A DNA stretch of 64,000 nt from an uncultured Acidobacteriota bacterium (GTDB lineage: Bacteria; Acidobacteriota; Terriglobia; Terriglobales; Acidobacteriaceae): the NCBI GenBank assembly GCA_963733935.1, contig CAVTEQ010000018.1:52942-116941 (forward strand). Reading direction: 5' to 3'. Within the stretch, counting starts at the first letter, position 1; each line of letters begins with the position of its first letter. The notes under the pieces are model-generated. The model made no database searches. It saw nothing but the letters and a program-made list of their open reading frames with translations, and had not been told where the DNA came from. This document shows, piece by piece, positions 50,103 through 59,556 of this stretch. The translations under genes and the position numbers were made by a program.

Positions 50103-51302
50103 ATGAACGCGAGACGTTCGTGGTACGTGCTCACGCTGGCGGCGGCGCTGGCGCTAGGCGTGGCTTCAGGCTGCACGCGGGCGCGCAACGACGCGCAGAT
50201 TGCCAACGAGGTGCAGGGCAAGATCAGCAGCGATAGCGGCGTTCCCACCAAGCAGATCACGGTGACCTCCAGTGATGGCATCGTCACGCTGACCGGCAAT
50301 GTGGGCAGCGATGCGGAGCGGCAGGCCGCCGCCAACGACGCCGCTCACGTCGAGGGCGTGAAGACGGTGGTGAACAACCTGCAAGTAGCGCCGGCCACGG
50401 CCCAGGCTGAGCCCGAGCCGGAAGCGCAGCCGGAACCATCGCGAGAGCCCGCGCGCTCACGGCGCACCAGTCCCAAGGTCTACAGCAACCGTCCCTCGAG
50501 CCCCGCACCTAGCGCTCCCGCAATGACGCCGAGCGCGCCGGCCACGACGGCCGTGGCGCCGCCTCCGCCGCCACCCCCGCCCAAGCCGGTCACCATTCCA
50601 GACGGGACCGTGCTGCAGGTGCGCATGATCGATACCATCGATTCCGGACACAACCAGCCCGGCGACCGCTTCCGTGCAACGCTGGATGCGCCCGTCACCA
50701 TTGACGATCAGGTGATCATCCCCCACGGAGCGGACATTGAAGGCCGTGTGGCGGAGCTGAAGAGCGCCGGTCACTTCGCGGGGAAACCTGCCATCGCCCT
50801 GCAGTTGACGGCGCTTTCCGTCAACGGACGCCGCTATTCGCTGCACACCAATCAGTATGCGCGTGAGGGCACCTCGCGCGGTACCAACACGGCGGAGAAG
50901 GTCGGCGGCGGAGCGGCTGTCGGCACCATCATTGGCGCGATCGCCGGCGGCGGCAAAGGAGCTGCCATTGGCGGCATCATTGGCGCAGCCGGGGGTGGCG
51001 GCGTGCAGGCTGCCACTAAAGCGCCCACGATCCACGTGCCTTCGGAGGCCTTGGTGAGCTTTACGCTCGAGAGCCCGCTTACGGTTACACCCGTAGCCAA
51101 CCTCAAGCGTAGCCGCAGCAGCCGGAGCGCCGACTCTAGAGGCCCGCAAGACGACACCAGCATGGCCGATTACAGCGACGCGCAGGACCAGCCGCCGCCG
51201 CGCAATCGGTCGAGCCGCAACCCTGACTACAACGATTCGGACCAGCAACCGCAGCCGCCATCCGATGACGATCCCAATGCGCCGGTGCTGAAGAGGAGAT
51301 GA
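50103..51302 (+). CDS. Lipoprotein with a BON domain, Pro/Ala linker and glycine-zipper C-terminal module
   Basis: MNARRSWYVLTLAAALALGVASGC lipobox. BON domain: ITVTSSDGIVTLTGNVGSDAERQAAANDAAHVEGVKTVVNNLQV. C-terminus: GGGAAVGTIIGAIAGGGKGAAIGGIIGAAGGGG. Confidence 0.8.
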   Translation: MNARRSWYVLTLAAALALGVASGCTRARNDAQIANEVQGKISSDSGVPTKQITVTSSDGIVTLTGNVGSDAERQAAANDAAHVEGVKTVVNNLQVAPATAQAEPEPEAQPEPSREPARSRRTSPKVYSNRPSSPAPSAPAMTPSAPATTAVAPPPPPPPPKPVTIPDGTVLQVRMIDTIDSGHNQPGDRFRATLDAPVTIDDQVIIPHGADIEGRVAELKSAGHFAGKPAIALQLTALSVNGRRYSLHTNQYAREGTSRGTNTAEKVGGGAAVGTIIGAIAGGGKGAAIGGIIGAAGGGGVQAATKAPTIHVPSEALVSFTLESPLTVTPVANLKRSRSSRSADSRGPQDDTSMADYSDAQDQPPPRNRSSRNPDYNDSDQQPQPPSDDDPNAPVLKRR

Positions 51303-51306
51303 AAGC

Positions 51307-51396
51307 AGTGGTAAGTGGAAAGTGACAAGTGGTATGTGTCCCGCACCTGCCACTTGCTTTTCCACTTACCACTTACCACTTTTCACTCCTCACTTC
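51307..51396. repeat. Word-hairpin family W1
   Basis: agtggtaagtggaaagtgacaagtggta opposes gccacttgcttttccacttaccacttaccacttttcac. Confidence 0.85.
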
Positions 51397-51440
51397 CGTA
51401 ATCAGCCGCGCAGGTGTTAACCCACTTATAATCAGCATTC

Positions 51441-52373
51441 ATGTTCCTCGATCCCCTCTTCGCGGTGCCCTTTTTTCTGTACGGGCTAGCGCTGGGCAGC
51501 TTTCTGAACGTCTGCATTTACCGGCTGCCGCGCCAACTGTCGGTAGTACGGCCGGGCTCGGCGTGTCCCGCGTGCGGGGCTTCGATCGCCTGGTACGACA
51601 ACCTTCCCGTCGTGAGCTGGCTGATGCTGCGGGGCCGTTGCCGCGCCTGTCGCGGGCGGATCTCAGCGCGCTATCTGCTGGTGGAATTGCTGACCGGCGT
51701 GTTGTTCGTCGCCTGCTACGCCTCCTTCGGATGGTCGCTCTCGACGTTTAAGTTCTGCGCCTTCACATTTCTGCTGCTGGGCCTGATCTTCACCGACGCC
51801 GAGACCAAGCTGCTCCCCGACTCTCTCACGCTTTCGGGTCTCGCCCTCGGCCTGGGTTTCAGCTTGCTGGTTCCGGTGCAGGACCTGGGCAGCCGGCTGC
51901 TTGCTGTCTGGATAAGTTCGCCGGCGGCCTCGCACATATCCTGGCGCCTTCTGTCGCTGGTGGACTCCGGGCTGGGCGCGGCGGTTGGCGCTTCCTTCAT
52001 CTATGGCGCGAGGGAGATCTATCGGCGGGCGCGCGGCGTCGAGGGCATGGGATTCGGCGACGTCAAGCTGATGGCCCTGGTGGGAGCCTTCCTGGGGATG
52101 AAGCTGACCGTCTTTACCCTGTTCGCGGCCTCGTTGGTGGGCTCGGTCTTCGGACTGGCAGCGGTGCTGGCGGTGTGGTGGAAACGCACCCGCCGGCGTA
52201 TCCGCCGCTTGCATGAGCCTGCGGCTGCCGCACGCAGACGCGCCTGGAAGTCGGCGAGGCTGGTGTATCGCCACTATGAAATGCCCTTTGGAGTATTTCT
52301 GGGAAGCATGGCCCTGCTGGCCGCCTTCTTCGGCAATACGTTCCTGGCGTGGTATTGGGGGTTCTACCGATGA
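51441..52373 (+). CDS. pilD: Prepilin peptidase (A24 family)
   Basis: GSFLNVCIYRLP...CPACGASIAWYDNLPVVSWLMLRGRCRACR...GFGDVKLMALVGAFLG. Confidence 0.92.
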   Translation: MFLDPLFAVPFFLYGLALGSFLNVCIYRLPRQLSVVRPGSACPACGASIAWYDNLPVVSWLMLRGRCRACRGRISARYLLVELLTGVLFVACYASFGWSLSTFKFCAFTFLLLGLIFTDAETKLLPDSLTLSGLALGLGFSLLVPVQDLGSRLLAVWISSPAASHISWRLLSLVDSGLGAAVGASFIYGAREIYRRARGVEGMGFGDVKLMALVGAFLGMKLTVFTLFAASLVGSVFGLAAVLAVWWKRTRRRIRRLHEPAAAARRRAWKSARLVYRHYEMPFGVFLGSMALLAAFFGNTFLAWYWGFYR

Positions 52374-52489
52374 ATGCGCACGCACCTTTGATCAAAGAGA
52401 CCTTCATTGCCCTCGGCGTGGCGACCATCGTCATCCTGGCGGCTGCCACGCTGGCGGTGCGGTTCGTGCGCCGCAAACTGGTCGGCTAG
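52370..52489 (+). CDS. Unlisted 39-aa single-pass membrane peptide (tentative)
   Basis: The ATG overlaps the pilD stop (ATGA). MNAHAPLIKETFIALGVATIVILAAATLAVRFVRRKLVG*, GC3-rich. Confidence 0.35.
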   Translation: MNAHAPLIKETFIALGVATIVILAAATLAVRFVRRKLVG

Positions 52490-52627
52490 AGCGGCGGCGG
52501 TAAGTGTGTCCCGTATTGGCGGGTCCAGTGCGCTGCTGAACCAAGGTAACTTTGCCCTAACCTGGGCTCGGGATTATGCTTCGCAAAAGGAGAGGCGCGG
52601 CTTGTGCGTCTCCGGGAGTGATTTGCC

Positions 52628-53239
52628 ATGAAACGGATCAAGTTCATTCTGACCGTAGTCGCCCTGGTAGTAGCGGCAGCCATGGCAGCGGCCGCGCAAT
52701 CGGACTCCCTGGGCGACTATGCGCGCGCCGTCCGCAAGGAAAAGCATCCACCGGCCAAGAAGGTTTACACCAACGACAATCTGCCGTCCACGGCTTCGAT
52801 CAGCGTCGTCGGACCGCCTCCCGCCAGCACCGAAGAGAAGCCCGCCGGCAAGTCGCAGGACGATAAGCAGAAACCCGAGAAAGCCAAGGATCAAAAAGAC
52901 AGCAAGACTTCCGAAAACAACGCGTCGCAAGATGAGCAGAGTTGGCGCGATCGCTTGGCCGCCCAGAAAAAACAACTCGCCGATATGGAACACGAACTCG
53001 ACCTGCTGCAGCGTGAGTACAAGCTGCGCGTTGCCGACTACTACGCCGATGCCGGCACCCAGCTGCGCGACCAGAAGAAATGGGCGGATGACGACGCCAA
53101 GTACCGCGCCGACATTGCCGACAAGCAGAAGCAAGTAGAGGACGCCAAGGTCCAGCTCCAGGACCTGGAGGAACAGGCGCGCAAGGCCGGCGTCTCGACT
53201 GCCTCCTCGGAATCTTCCGCGACCCCCTCCCAACAGTAA
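52628..53239 (+). CDS. Secreted coiled-coil protein
   Basis: Signal peptide MKRIKFILTVVALVVAAAMAAAAQ, a charged low-complexity region, then heptad repeats. Confidence 0.65.
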   Translation: MKRIKFILTVVALVVAAAMAAAAQSDSLGDYARAVRKEKHPPAKKVYTNDNLPSTASISVVGPPPASTEEKPAGKSQDDKQKPEKAKDQKDSKTSENNASQDEQSWRDRLAAQKKQLADMEHELDLLQREYKLRVADYYADAGTQLRDQKKWADDDAKYRADIADKQKQVEDAKVQLQDLEEQARKAGVSTASSESSATPSQQ

Positions 53240-53280
53240 GCTGCGGCAATACTGCCCAGCCCAAGTTTCTAGTTCGCCGG

Positions 53281-53781
53281 CTAGTCCCATTGCATGCGAG
53301 CGATCTGCCTCATGTGGTGGCGCGTGTGGACCCAGTGAAACTTGCGCCACTGCTGGGCGCTCATCGGTCCCAGGACGAAGTGGTCTGCCAGCTTGTGATC
53401 GGCGCCGAAGCGGCGCTCGCATTCCGCCAGCACACGGTCCATCTTGGCAAGGTGAAGGGGGATCTGGCTGAGAATTTCCTCGGGCGGGAGGCCCTTGGGC
53501 ACGGCGTATGCGGGCGCTTTGCGTCCTGACGGCATATATCCCAGCCCCACAACCAGTCCCACAGCGAGGCGGTTCACCAGGCTGGCACGCCCGGCCGTGG
53601 GCTTGCCGGCATCCAGGCACTTCTGCAGATGCGGAATTGTCGTCTGATACGTTCGGTCCAAGTGCTCGAGGATGTCCGCCACCGACCATTTCCCTCCCCG
53701 GTGACGCGTCAACTGGGCGACATCGAGGCCGCGGGTGGCCGCGGTGATGGCTTCCTGGATGCGGTCGAGGTAGATGTTCAC
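53281..53781 (-). CDS. DinB-family protein
   Basis: WSVADILEHLDRTYQ...WRKFHWVHTRHHMRQI is a four-helix His-triad pattern. Confidence 0.8.
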   Translation of the reverse strand: MNIYLDRIQEAITAATRGLDVAQLTRHRGGKWSVADILEHLDRTYQTTIPHLQKCLDAGKPTAGRASLVNRLAVGLVVGLGYMPSGRKAPAYAVPKGLPPEEILSQIPLHLAKMDRVLAECERRFGADHKLADHFVLGPMSAQQWRKFHWVHTRHHMRQIARMQWD

Positions 53782-53877
53782 GTGATTGCTTCCTCCGCTT
53801 ACAATCGCTGGGGAGACGCGGCGGCGGCTTGTTCTCGGGAGCGCAGCAGATTATATTGCGCCGCCAGGGACAGAACC

Positions 53878-54504
53878 ATGAAACGATTCTTCTCCGCAAT
53901 CGCGATGGCTGCCGTATTGGCCGGTTGTTCCTCCAGTCCTCCCCCAGCTGAGAAAGCAGCGGAAGCCAAGCCGGAGCCGCCCAAAGTGGAGCTGCTGACC
54001 GGCCGGGTGGCCTTCCAGAAGCTTTTCGTGACCGCCCGCAGTTGGGCCCCGGACGCGAAGCCTTTTCGCCTGGAGTCGGAGGCAGTCAAGCAAGCGCCGG
54101 GCACTGACGGCAAGGCCGGCATCTGGCGCGGCTATTTCGCTTCTCCCGGCAAACGCGCGCTGAAGCCGTATATATGGTCCGGGCTTTCGGGCCCCGACGC
54201 GCCCGAGCGCGGCATCAATCCCGGAACCGAGGACACCTTCAACCCCGCCAACACCTCCACCCAGCCCTTCGACTTCGCGTTCCTCAAGAGCGACAGCGAC
54301 CAGGCGTTCGAAGTCGCGCAGGCGCACGGCGGCAAGAAGCTCGTGGACGCCGACCCGCAACAGCCCATCAAGTACATGCTGCTGTGGAACCCGAGCTCGA
54401 ACCAACTGATCTGGCACGTGCTCTACGGCTCGTCCGAGGCCGACGCCAAACTGCGCGTTGCCGTGGATGCATCTACTGGGACTTTCCTGAAGCTGGAGAA
54501 GTAG
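53878..54504 (+). CDS. Lipoprotein, unknown function
   Basis: From ATG 53878: MKRFFSAIAMAAVLAGCSS lipobox. Confidence 0.7.
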   Translation: MKRFFSAIAMAAVLAGCSSSPPPAEKAAEAKPEPPKVELLTGRVAFQKLFVTARSWAPDAKPFRLESEAVKQAPGTDGKAGIWRGYFASPGKRALKPYIWSGLSGPDAPERGINPGTEDTFNPANTSTQPFDFAFLKSDSDQAFEVAQAHGGKKLVDADPQQPIKYMLLWNPSSNQLIWHVLYGSSEADAKLRVAVDASTGTFLKLEK

Positions 54505-55123
54505 GATTCCGCGTCAGCACCGGGCGATTGGGATCGAACGGCTCGGCCTGCGTTCTGGCAGGCTTGCCCACCGGCTCGCATCCGTGTTGCGTTGCCAAAT
54601 GCGTGTCCGCGGGCTTCGCAACGGCTTGGATGCGATCCAGCGCCTTCTTGCACTGCCCAGCCGACGGGCCCTTGGGAAGAATTTTCAGATACTCCTGATA
54701 GTAGCGTCGAGCTCCGACGAGGTCGCCGGATTTGTCCAGCACTTCGGCGATCCGGAAAGTCGCCACCGCGTCACTTGGTTTATAGGTAAGCGCCTCGCAG
54801 TAACGGCTGAGCGCCGCGCGCAAGTTCTGGCGCTTGAAATAGTAGTCGCCGATTTCGACATCCTTCATCGCCCGGTGCGGGTCCCAGCGATGCAGCTCGG
54901 TCACGCTGTCATCGGGCTCGGGCTCCTCCGCCATGGGACCCGAAGTTGTATCTCGGCTGGAGCTGTCTTCCGGTCCGCGCGGCGCCGGCTCGGGCTCGGA
55001 ACGCGGCGGAGCCTGGTTGGAAGGCGGTGCTGCCGGCTGGCCTTGGTCCTGATCCTTTGCCGGCTCCGACTGGGCCATGGCGCAGGCAGCGAGGACAAGC
55101 AGCGGGAGAAAACGCCTCAACAT
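54473..55123 (-). CDS. Secreted TPR-like repeat protein
   Basis: Signal peptide MLRRFLPLLVLAACAMAQ and a TPR-like EIGDYYFKRQNLRAALSRYCEALTYKPSDAVATFRIAEVLDKSGDLVGARRYYQEYLKI. Confidence 0.7.
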   Translation of the reverse strand: MLRRFLPLLVLAACAMAQSEPAKDQDQGQPAAPPSNQAPPRSEPEPAPRGPEDSSSRDTTSGPMAEEPEPDDSVTELHRWDPHRAMKDVEIGDYYFKRQNLRAALSRYCEALTYKPSDAVATFRIAEVLDKSGDLVGARRYYQEYLKILPKGPSAGQCKKALDRIQAVAKPADTHLATQHGCEPVGKPARTQAEPFDPNRPVLTRNPTSPASGKSQ

Positions 55124-55183
55124 AAGCGCCTATTTTACGCCGCCGCGAAGTAAACCCGCAGCGCTCCCCGTTAAAATGATGAG

Positions 55184-56244
55184 GTGAAAAGTTGGGACGT
55201 GGTAATCGCTGGCGGCGGCATCGTGGGCGTGTCGCTGGCGCGGGAACTGCGCAAGCATGGCGCCAGCGTGCTGATCGTGGAGCGCGGCGAGCCAGGACGC
55301 GAAGCTTCCCACGCTGCCGCCGGCATGCTCGCCTAGTGCGATCCCATGCTGCCCGAGGCACTCTCCCAGCTCGCCCGGGCCAGCGCCGGCCTGTATCCGG
55401 AGTTCGTGCACGAAATTGAAGACGAGTCGGGGATGCGGGTGGACCTGCGGATCAGATGGCCATATCGTTTACTTCGAACACCCACCCGAAAAGGAACCAA
55501 CAGAATGTCGAAGGCTTGCGCCGGACGAGATCGCACGGTTGGAACCGCGACTCGAGTACTCCGGTGAGGTGGCATACTGGACGCCGGAAGGCAGCGTGGA
55601 CCCGCGCGCTCTCATCGCTGCGTCGGTGAAGGCGGCGAAGCATCGTGGGGTTGATATCGTCTCCGGCTCGGCGGTCACGGAAGTCGAAGTTGAGAATGGG
55701 CGCGCCGTCGCGCTGAAGACAGCGAAGACGCGCTACGCGGCGGGCGCGGTGGTGAACTGCTGTGGCGCATGGAGCGGGCAGGTCCCTCCATTGCAGTTTC
55801 CTACTCGGCCGGTCAAGGGACAGATGCTGTGCCTGGTGGCGGCACAGCACATACTGATCAAGCACGTGGTGCGCGCGCCTGAGGTTTATATAGTCCCACG
55901 CAGCGATGGACGGCTGCTCGTCGGCTCGACCCTGGAAGACGCCGGTTTCGACAAGCGCGTCGATCCCGATACCATCCAGCGCCTGCACCAGACCGCTACC
56001 ACGCTGGTGCCGGAGTTGGGCGAGGCGCGCATGCTGGAAACGTGGGCCGGGCTGCGTCCGGGTACGCCCGATGCTCTGCCGCTGCTGGGCGCAACCGGGG
56101 TTGAGAATTACTTCGTTGCTGCCGGCCACTATCGCGACGGCATCTTGCTGTCTCCGGTAACGGCCGTTGGTCATGTCCCAGGTCGTGCGCGGCATCAAGC
56201 CGGATTTTGACCTGAGCCCATTTTCGCCGGCGCGGTTTGCCTAG
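55184..56244 (+). pseudogene. FAD-dependent glycine/D-amino-acid oxidase (ThiO/DAO-like) with one in-frame TAG and two +1 frameshifts
   Basis: VKSWDVVIAGGGIVGVSLAREL...HAAAGMLA-TAG(55334)-CDP. The frame changes near 55451 and 56172. ...WAGLRPGTPDALPLLG...FVAAGHYRDGILLSP. 1061 nt = 353 codons + 2. Confidence 0.75.
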
Positions 56245-56264
56245 ACAGGTTCTGTGGCCTCATT

Positions 56265-56678
56265 TCAACGCGCTACTGCTTTAGCGTCCTCCTCTAGCAG
56301 GGATACCGCCTTGGCTGCGTCAGTGACACCGAAGACCACCAGCGCCATGTTCGATCCCGGCTCTGTTCCGCAATAGGCGTAGTTGATATTGATGCGAGCT
56401 TCGTCAAGGCGTGACGCTGCGCGGAATAGCCCACCCGAGCGATGGGGAAGCGCAACCTGGGCAACTTCGGTTTCGGTGTAGTAAATACGGTCGGCATCCA
56501 GCAGCTTCTTGGCAGTCGCGGGATCGTCTACGACCATGCGAATCAGGCTCTGTCCTTCCCGCTCGAACGCCTGAAAGGCGAGGATGTTCACGTCACGCTC
56601 AGCGAGCGGCCGGCAGCACTGCGCCAGTGTGCCAGGCTTATCTTCTATCCGGATCGTAAGTTCTTTCGCTATCGGCAT
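56265..56678 (-). CDS. Tandem ACT-domain protein
   Basis: ELTIRIEDKPGTLAQCCRPLAERDVNILAF... plus a second ACT-like half. Confidence 0.78.
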   Translation of the reverse strand: MPIAKELTIRIEDKPGTLAQCCRPLAERDVNILAFQAFEREGQSLIRMVVDDPATAKKLLDADRIYYTETEVAQVALPHRSGGLFRAASRLDEARININYAYCGTEPGSNMALVVFGVTDAAKAVSLLEEDAKAVAR

Positions 56679-56745
56679 AGTTCTTGCTCCTCTTCGCGGC
56701 GTGGGACTGACCTGGCATCCCAGTATAAAAATTATAGAAAGGAAT

Positions 56746-56781
56746 CCGGCAAAGTGCAGTGACCGGGCAAAGTGCAGTGAC
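56746..56781. repeat. Tandem direct repeat, 2 x 18 nt (CSGGCAAAGTGCAGTGAC)
   Basis: Seen in sequence, in the 327-nt divergent intergenic region between the ACT gene and lptFG. Confidence 0.7.
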
Positions 56782-57005
56782 GGGCCTCACATCACTGCGT
56801 GCAGCCTCGAAAGACGAGTCCTGGACTGTCGAAGCACGACTCACCGATAGATAGTTGTTGCAAAATCGCCTTTATCACTAACTACCCGCCAGAGTCCCCT
56901 ACGGCGTGTTCAAGGGCATAGTTGTCCCTCACCATGAACCTGATTCCTGCACCGTGTGCCCAGCGATCTCCCGCTGAGGGGCCATTATGCTAGGCTGGCG
57001 CTAGC

Positions 57006-59338
57006 GTGCGCATCCTCACCAAGTACATCCTGCGCGAAGTGCTGTGGCATGCCCTGATCGGTACCGGGTTGTTCACCTTCGTCATCTTCATGCGGGATGT
57101 GGGACGCATCCTCGAGCTGGTGGTGCGCCACAGCGCGCCCCTGCCCAGCGTGGCGGAGATCTTTCTGTTTACGGTGCCGCAGGCGCTCACGGTGACCGTG
57201 CCCATGGGAGTGCTGGTGGGCATCCTGATCGGGCTGAGTCGGCTGGCGGCGGACAGCGAGGTCACTGCCATGCGGGCCAGCGGGCTCGGCGCGCCCATGT
57301 TCCTGAAGGTGGTTGCCCTGTTCGCCCTCGCCGCCTGGCTGCTGGCCTCTGCCAATCAGCTCCTGGTCGCGCCCCGCGCCTCCGACTCTCTGGCCCACTT
57401 GCAGGACCGCATGAAGAGCGCGCAAGCCTCGTACGAGATCCAGCCGCGCGTCTTCTATGAAGACTTCAAGAATTACGTGCTCTATGTGCAGGACGTGAGC
57501 GCTGCCCCCAACGGCGCGCTGTGGAAGGGAATCTTCCTGGCGGACATCAGCACCCCGGGCGCGCCCAAGATCACGCTGGCGCAGCGCGGCCTGGCCAGCA
57601 ATCAGTCGCCCACCCTGCTGCGGCTGCACCTGATCCACGGCACCGAGCACGACGTCGACCCCAAGACCCCGCAGCAGTATCAGATATCGACCTTCGAAGA
57701 GAGCGACATTTCCATCCCTGTTCCCGAACCGGAGACGCCGCCCGTCGGGCCGATGCCGGCGGCGCAGCAGTGGTCGCATGTATCGGGAATCCCCACTCGG
57801 GCATTGTGGCGGCTTGGCGCACGCCGATGATCCCACCGCGCGCTGGTTCGATATCGAGCTGCACCGCCGCTTCGCCCTGCCCGCCGCCTGCCTGGTGCTG
57901 GCGCTGGTGGGCATCCCGCTCGGCCTTTCGGCGAAGAAGGGTGGCAAGTCCACGGGATTCATTCTCACCATCCTGCTGGTATTCCTCTACTACTTCGCCT
58001 CGCTGACGGGGGTGGCGCTGGCGCGGCAAGGGCGCGTCTCACCGCCGGTCGGGGTGTGGATGGCCAACGTCATCTTCCTGATCGCCGGGGCGTGGCTGCT
58101 GTGGCGGGTGGACCGAATGCCCATTGAGATCGCCTCGCTGCGCGGTGTTTGGGCGGCGCTCCAGGACCGTTTTCGCGGCCACAGTGGTTACTCATCGCGC
58201 CGCGCCTTCGAGCGCGCACTCTCGCGGCGCTTCCTTAATATCCGCTTCCCGCAAATCCTCGACGATTACATCCTGCGCGACTTCCTCACCTACACCGGGC
58301 TGGTGCTGGCCACCTTCCTGGTGCTCAGCCTGGTGTTCAATTTTTTCGAGCTGCTGGGCGACATTGTCCGCAACCGCGTGCCGCTAGTGACCGTGGGCGC
58401 CTACATGATCAACGTAGTCCCCGGCATGCTCTACCTGATGACGCCGCTCAGCGTGCTCATCGCCGTGCTGGTGACCTTCGGCCTGATGCAGAAGGCCAAC
58501 GAAATGACCGCCATGAAGGCCAGCGGCATCAGCATCTACCGCGCTGCCGTGCCCATCCTGCTGCTGGCGGCGGTGCTGCCCATCGGCCTGTTCTTGTCGG
58601 ACCAATACTGGCTGCCCCAGATCAACAAGCGCCAGGACCAGCTCTGGAACGCCATCAAGGGCAAGCCGGCGCAGACCTATCTGCGTCCCGACCGCAAGTG
58701 GATCTTCGGCCAGCACTCGACGATCTACTATTACGAGTTCTTCGATCCCGACCGCGACCAGTTCGCCAGCATCTCGGTCTTCGAGTTCGATCCTGCTACC
58801 TTCGAGTTCACGCGCCGGGTGTATGCCTCACGCGCGCGCTGGTCGCCTCATCTGGACAAGTGGACCTTCGAAGGCGGCTGGCAACGCGACTTCCAGGGCC
58901 CCGCCATTCGCCAGTTTCGGACGTTCGATGTGGCTACATTCCCCGAGCTGGCCGAAGTCGCCGCCGTACTTCAAGAAAGAAATCAAGCAGTCGTCGGAGA
59001 TGAGCTACGAGGAGCTGAGCCGCTACATCCGCGACCTGCAGCAGAGCGGCTTTGACGTGGTGCGCCTGCGGGTGCAACTGCAGAAGAAGTTCGCCTTCCC
59101 GCTGATCACGTTTGTGATGGCGGTGCTGGCCATTCCGTTTGCGCTCTCCACCGGCCGGCGGGGCGCGCTGGCGGGCGTGGCTACGGCCATCGGCATTGCC
59201 GTGATGTACTGGGTGACTTCGGGACTGTTCGAGGCCATGGGCAACGTCAGCCAGTTGCCGGCCGCGCTCGCCGCCTGGGCCCCGGACGTGATCTTCGGAT
59301 TTGCGGGCGGATACTTGATTCTGAAAGTGCCGACTTAG
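57006..59338 (+). CDS. LptF/LptG-family permease, two permease modules fused in one frame; +1 frameshifts near 57817 and 58957
   Basis: Module 1: MRILTKYILREVLWHAL... Module 2: FPQILDDYILRDFLTYTGLVLATFLV... No stop or start lies between them in ORF 57778-59055. 2333 nt = 777 codons + 2. Confidence 0.85.
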
Positions 59339-59513
59339 TACCGATTTCGAGTTGCGAGTACCGGGTGCCAGATCGAGTACTCAGTTCGTGTCATCTGAGG
59401 GCGGCGCGACTGAAGCGAAGCGCAAGGAGCGCAACCGAAGGACCTGCTTTTGCGCGGTGCTCGGTACTCGCAATCGACCCGATGACCCGACTCGACCCGA
59501 TGTACTCGGTACT
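59338..59513. repeat. Word-hairpin family W4, long loop; right arm also carries W3-type words
   Basis: agtaccgatttcgagttgcgagtaccgggtgccagatcgagtactc opposes gctcggtactcgcaatcgacccgatgacccgactcgacccgatgtactcggtact. Confidence 0.75.
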
Positions 59514-59556
59514 TCAATCCTGCGTCCGTCGCTGCTAGAATCTCATCCAAACACCA

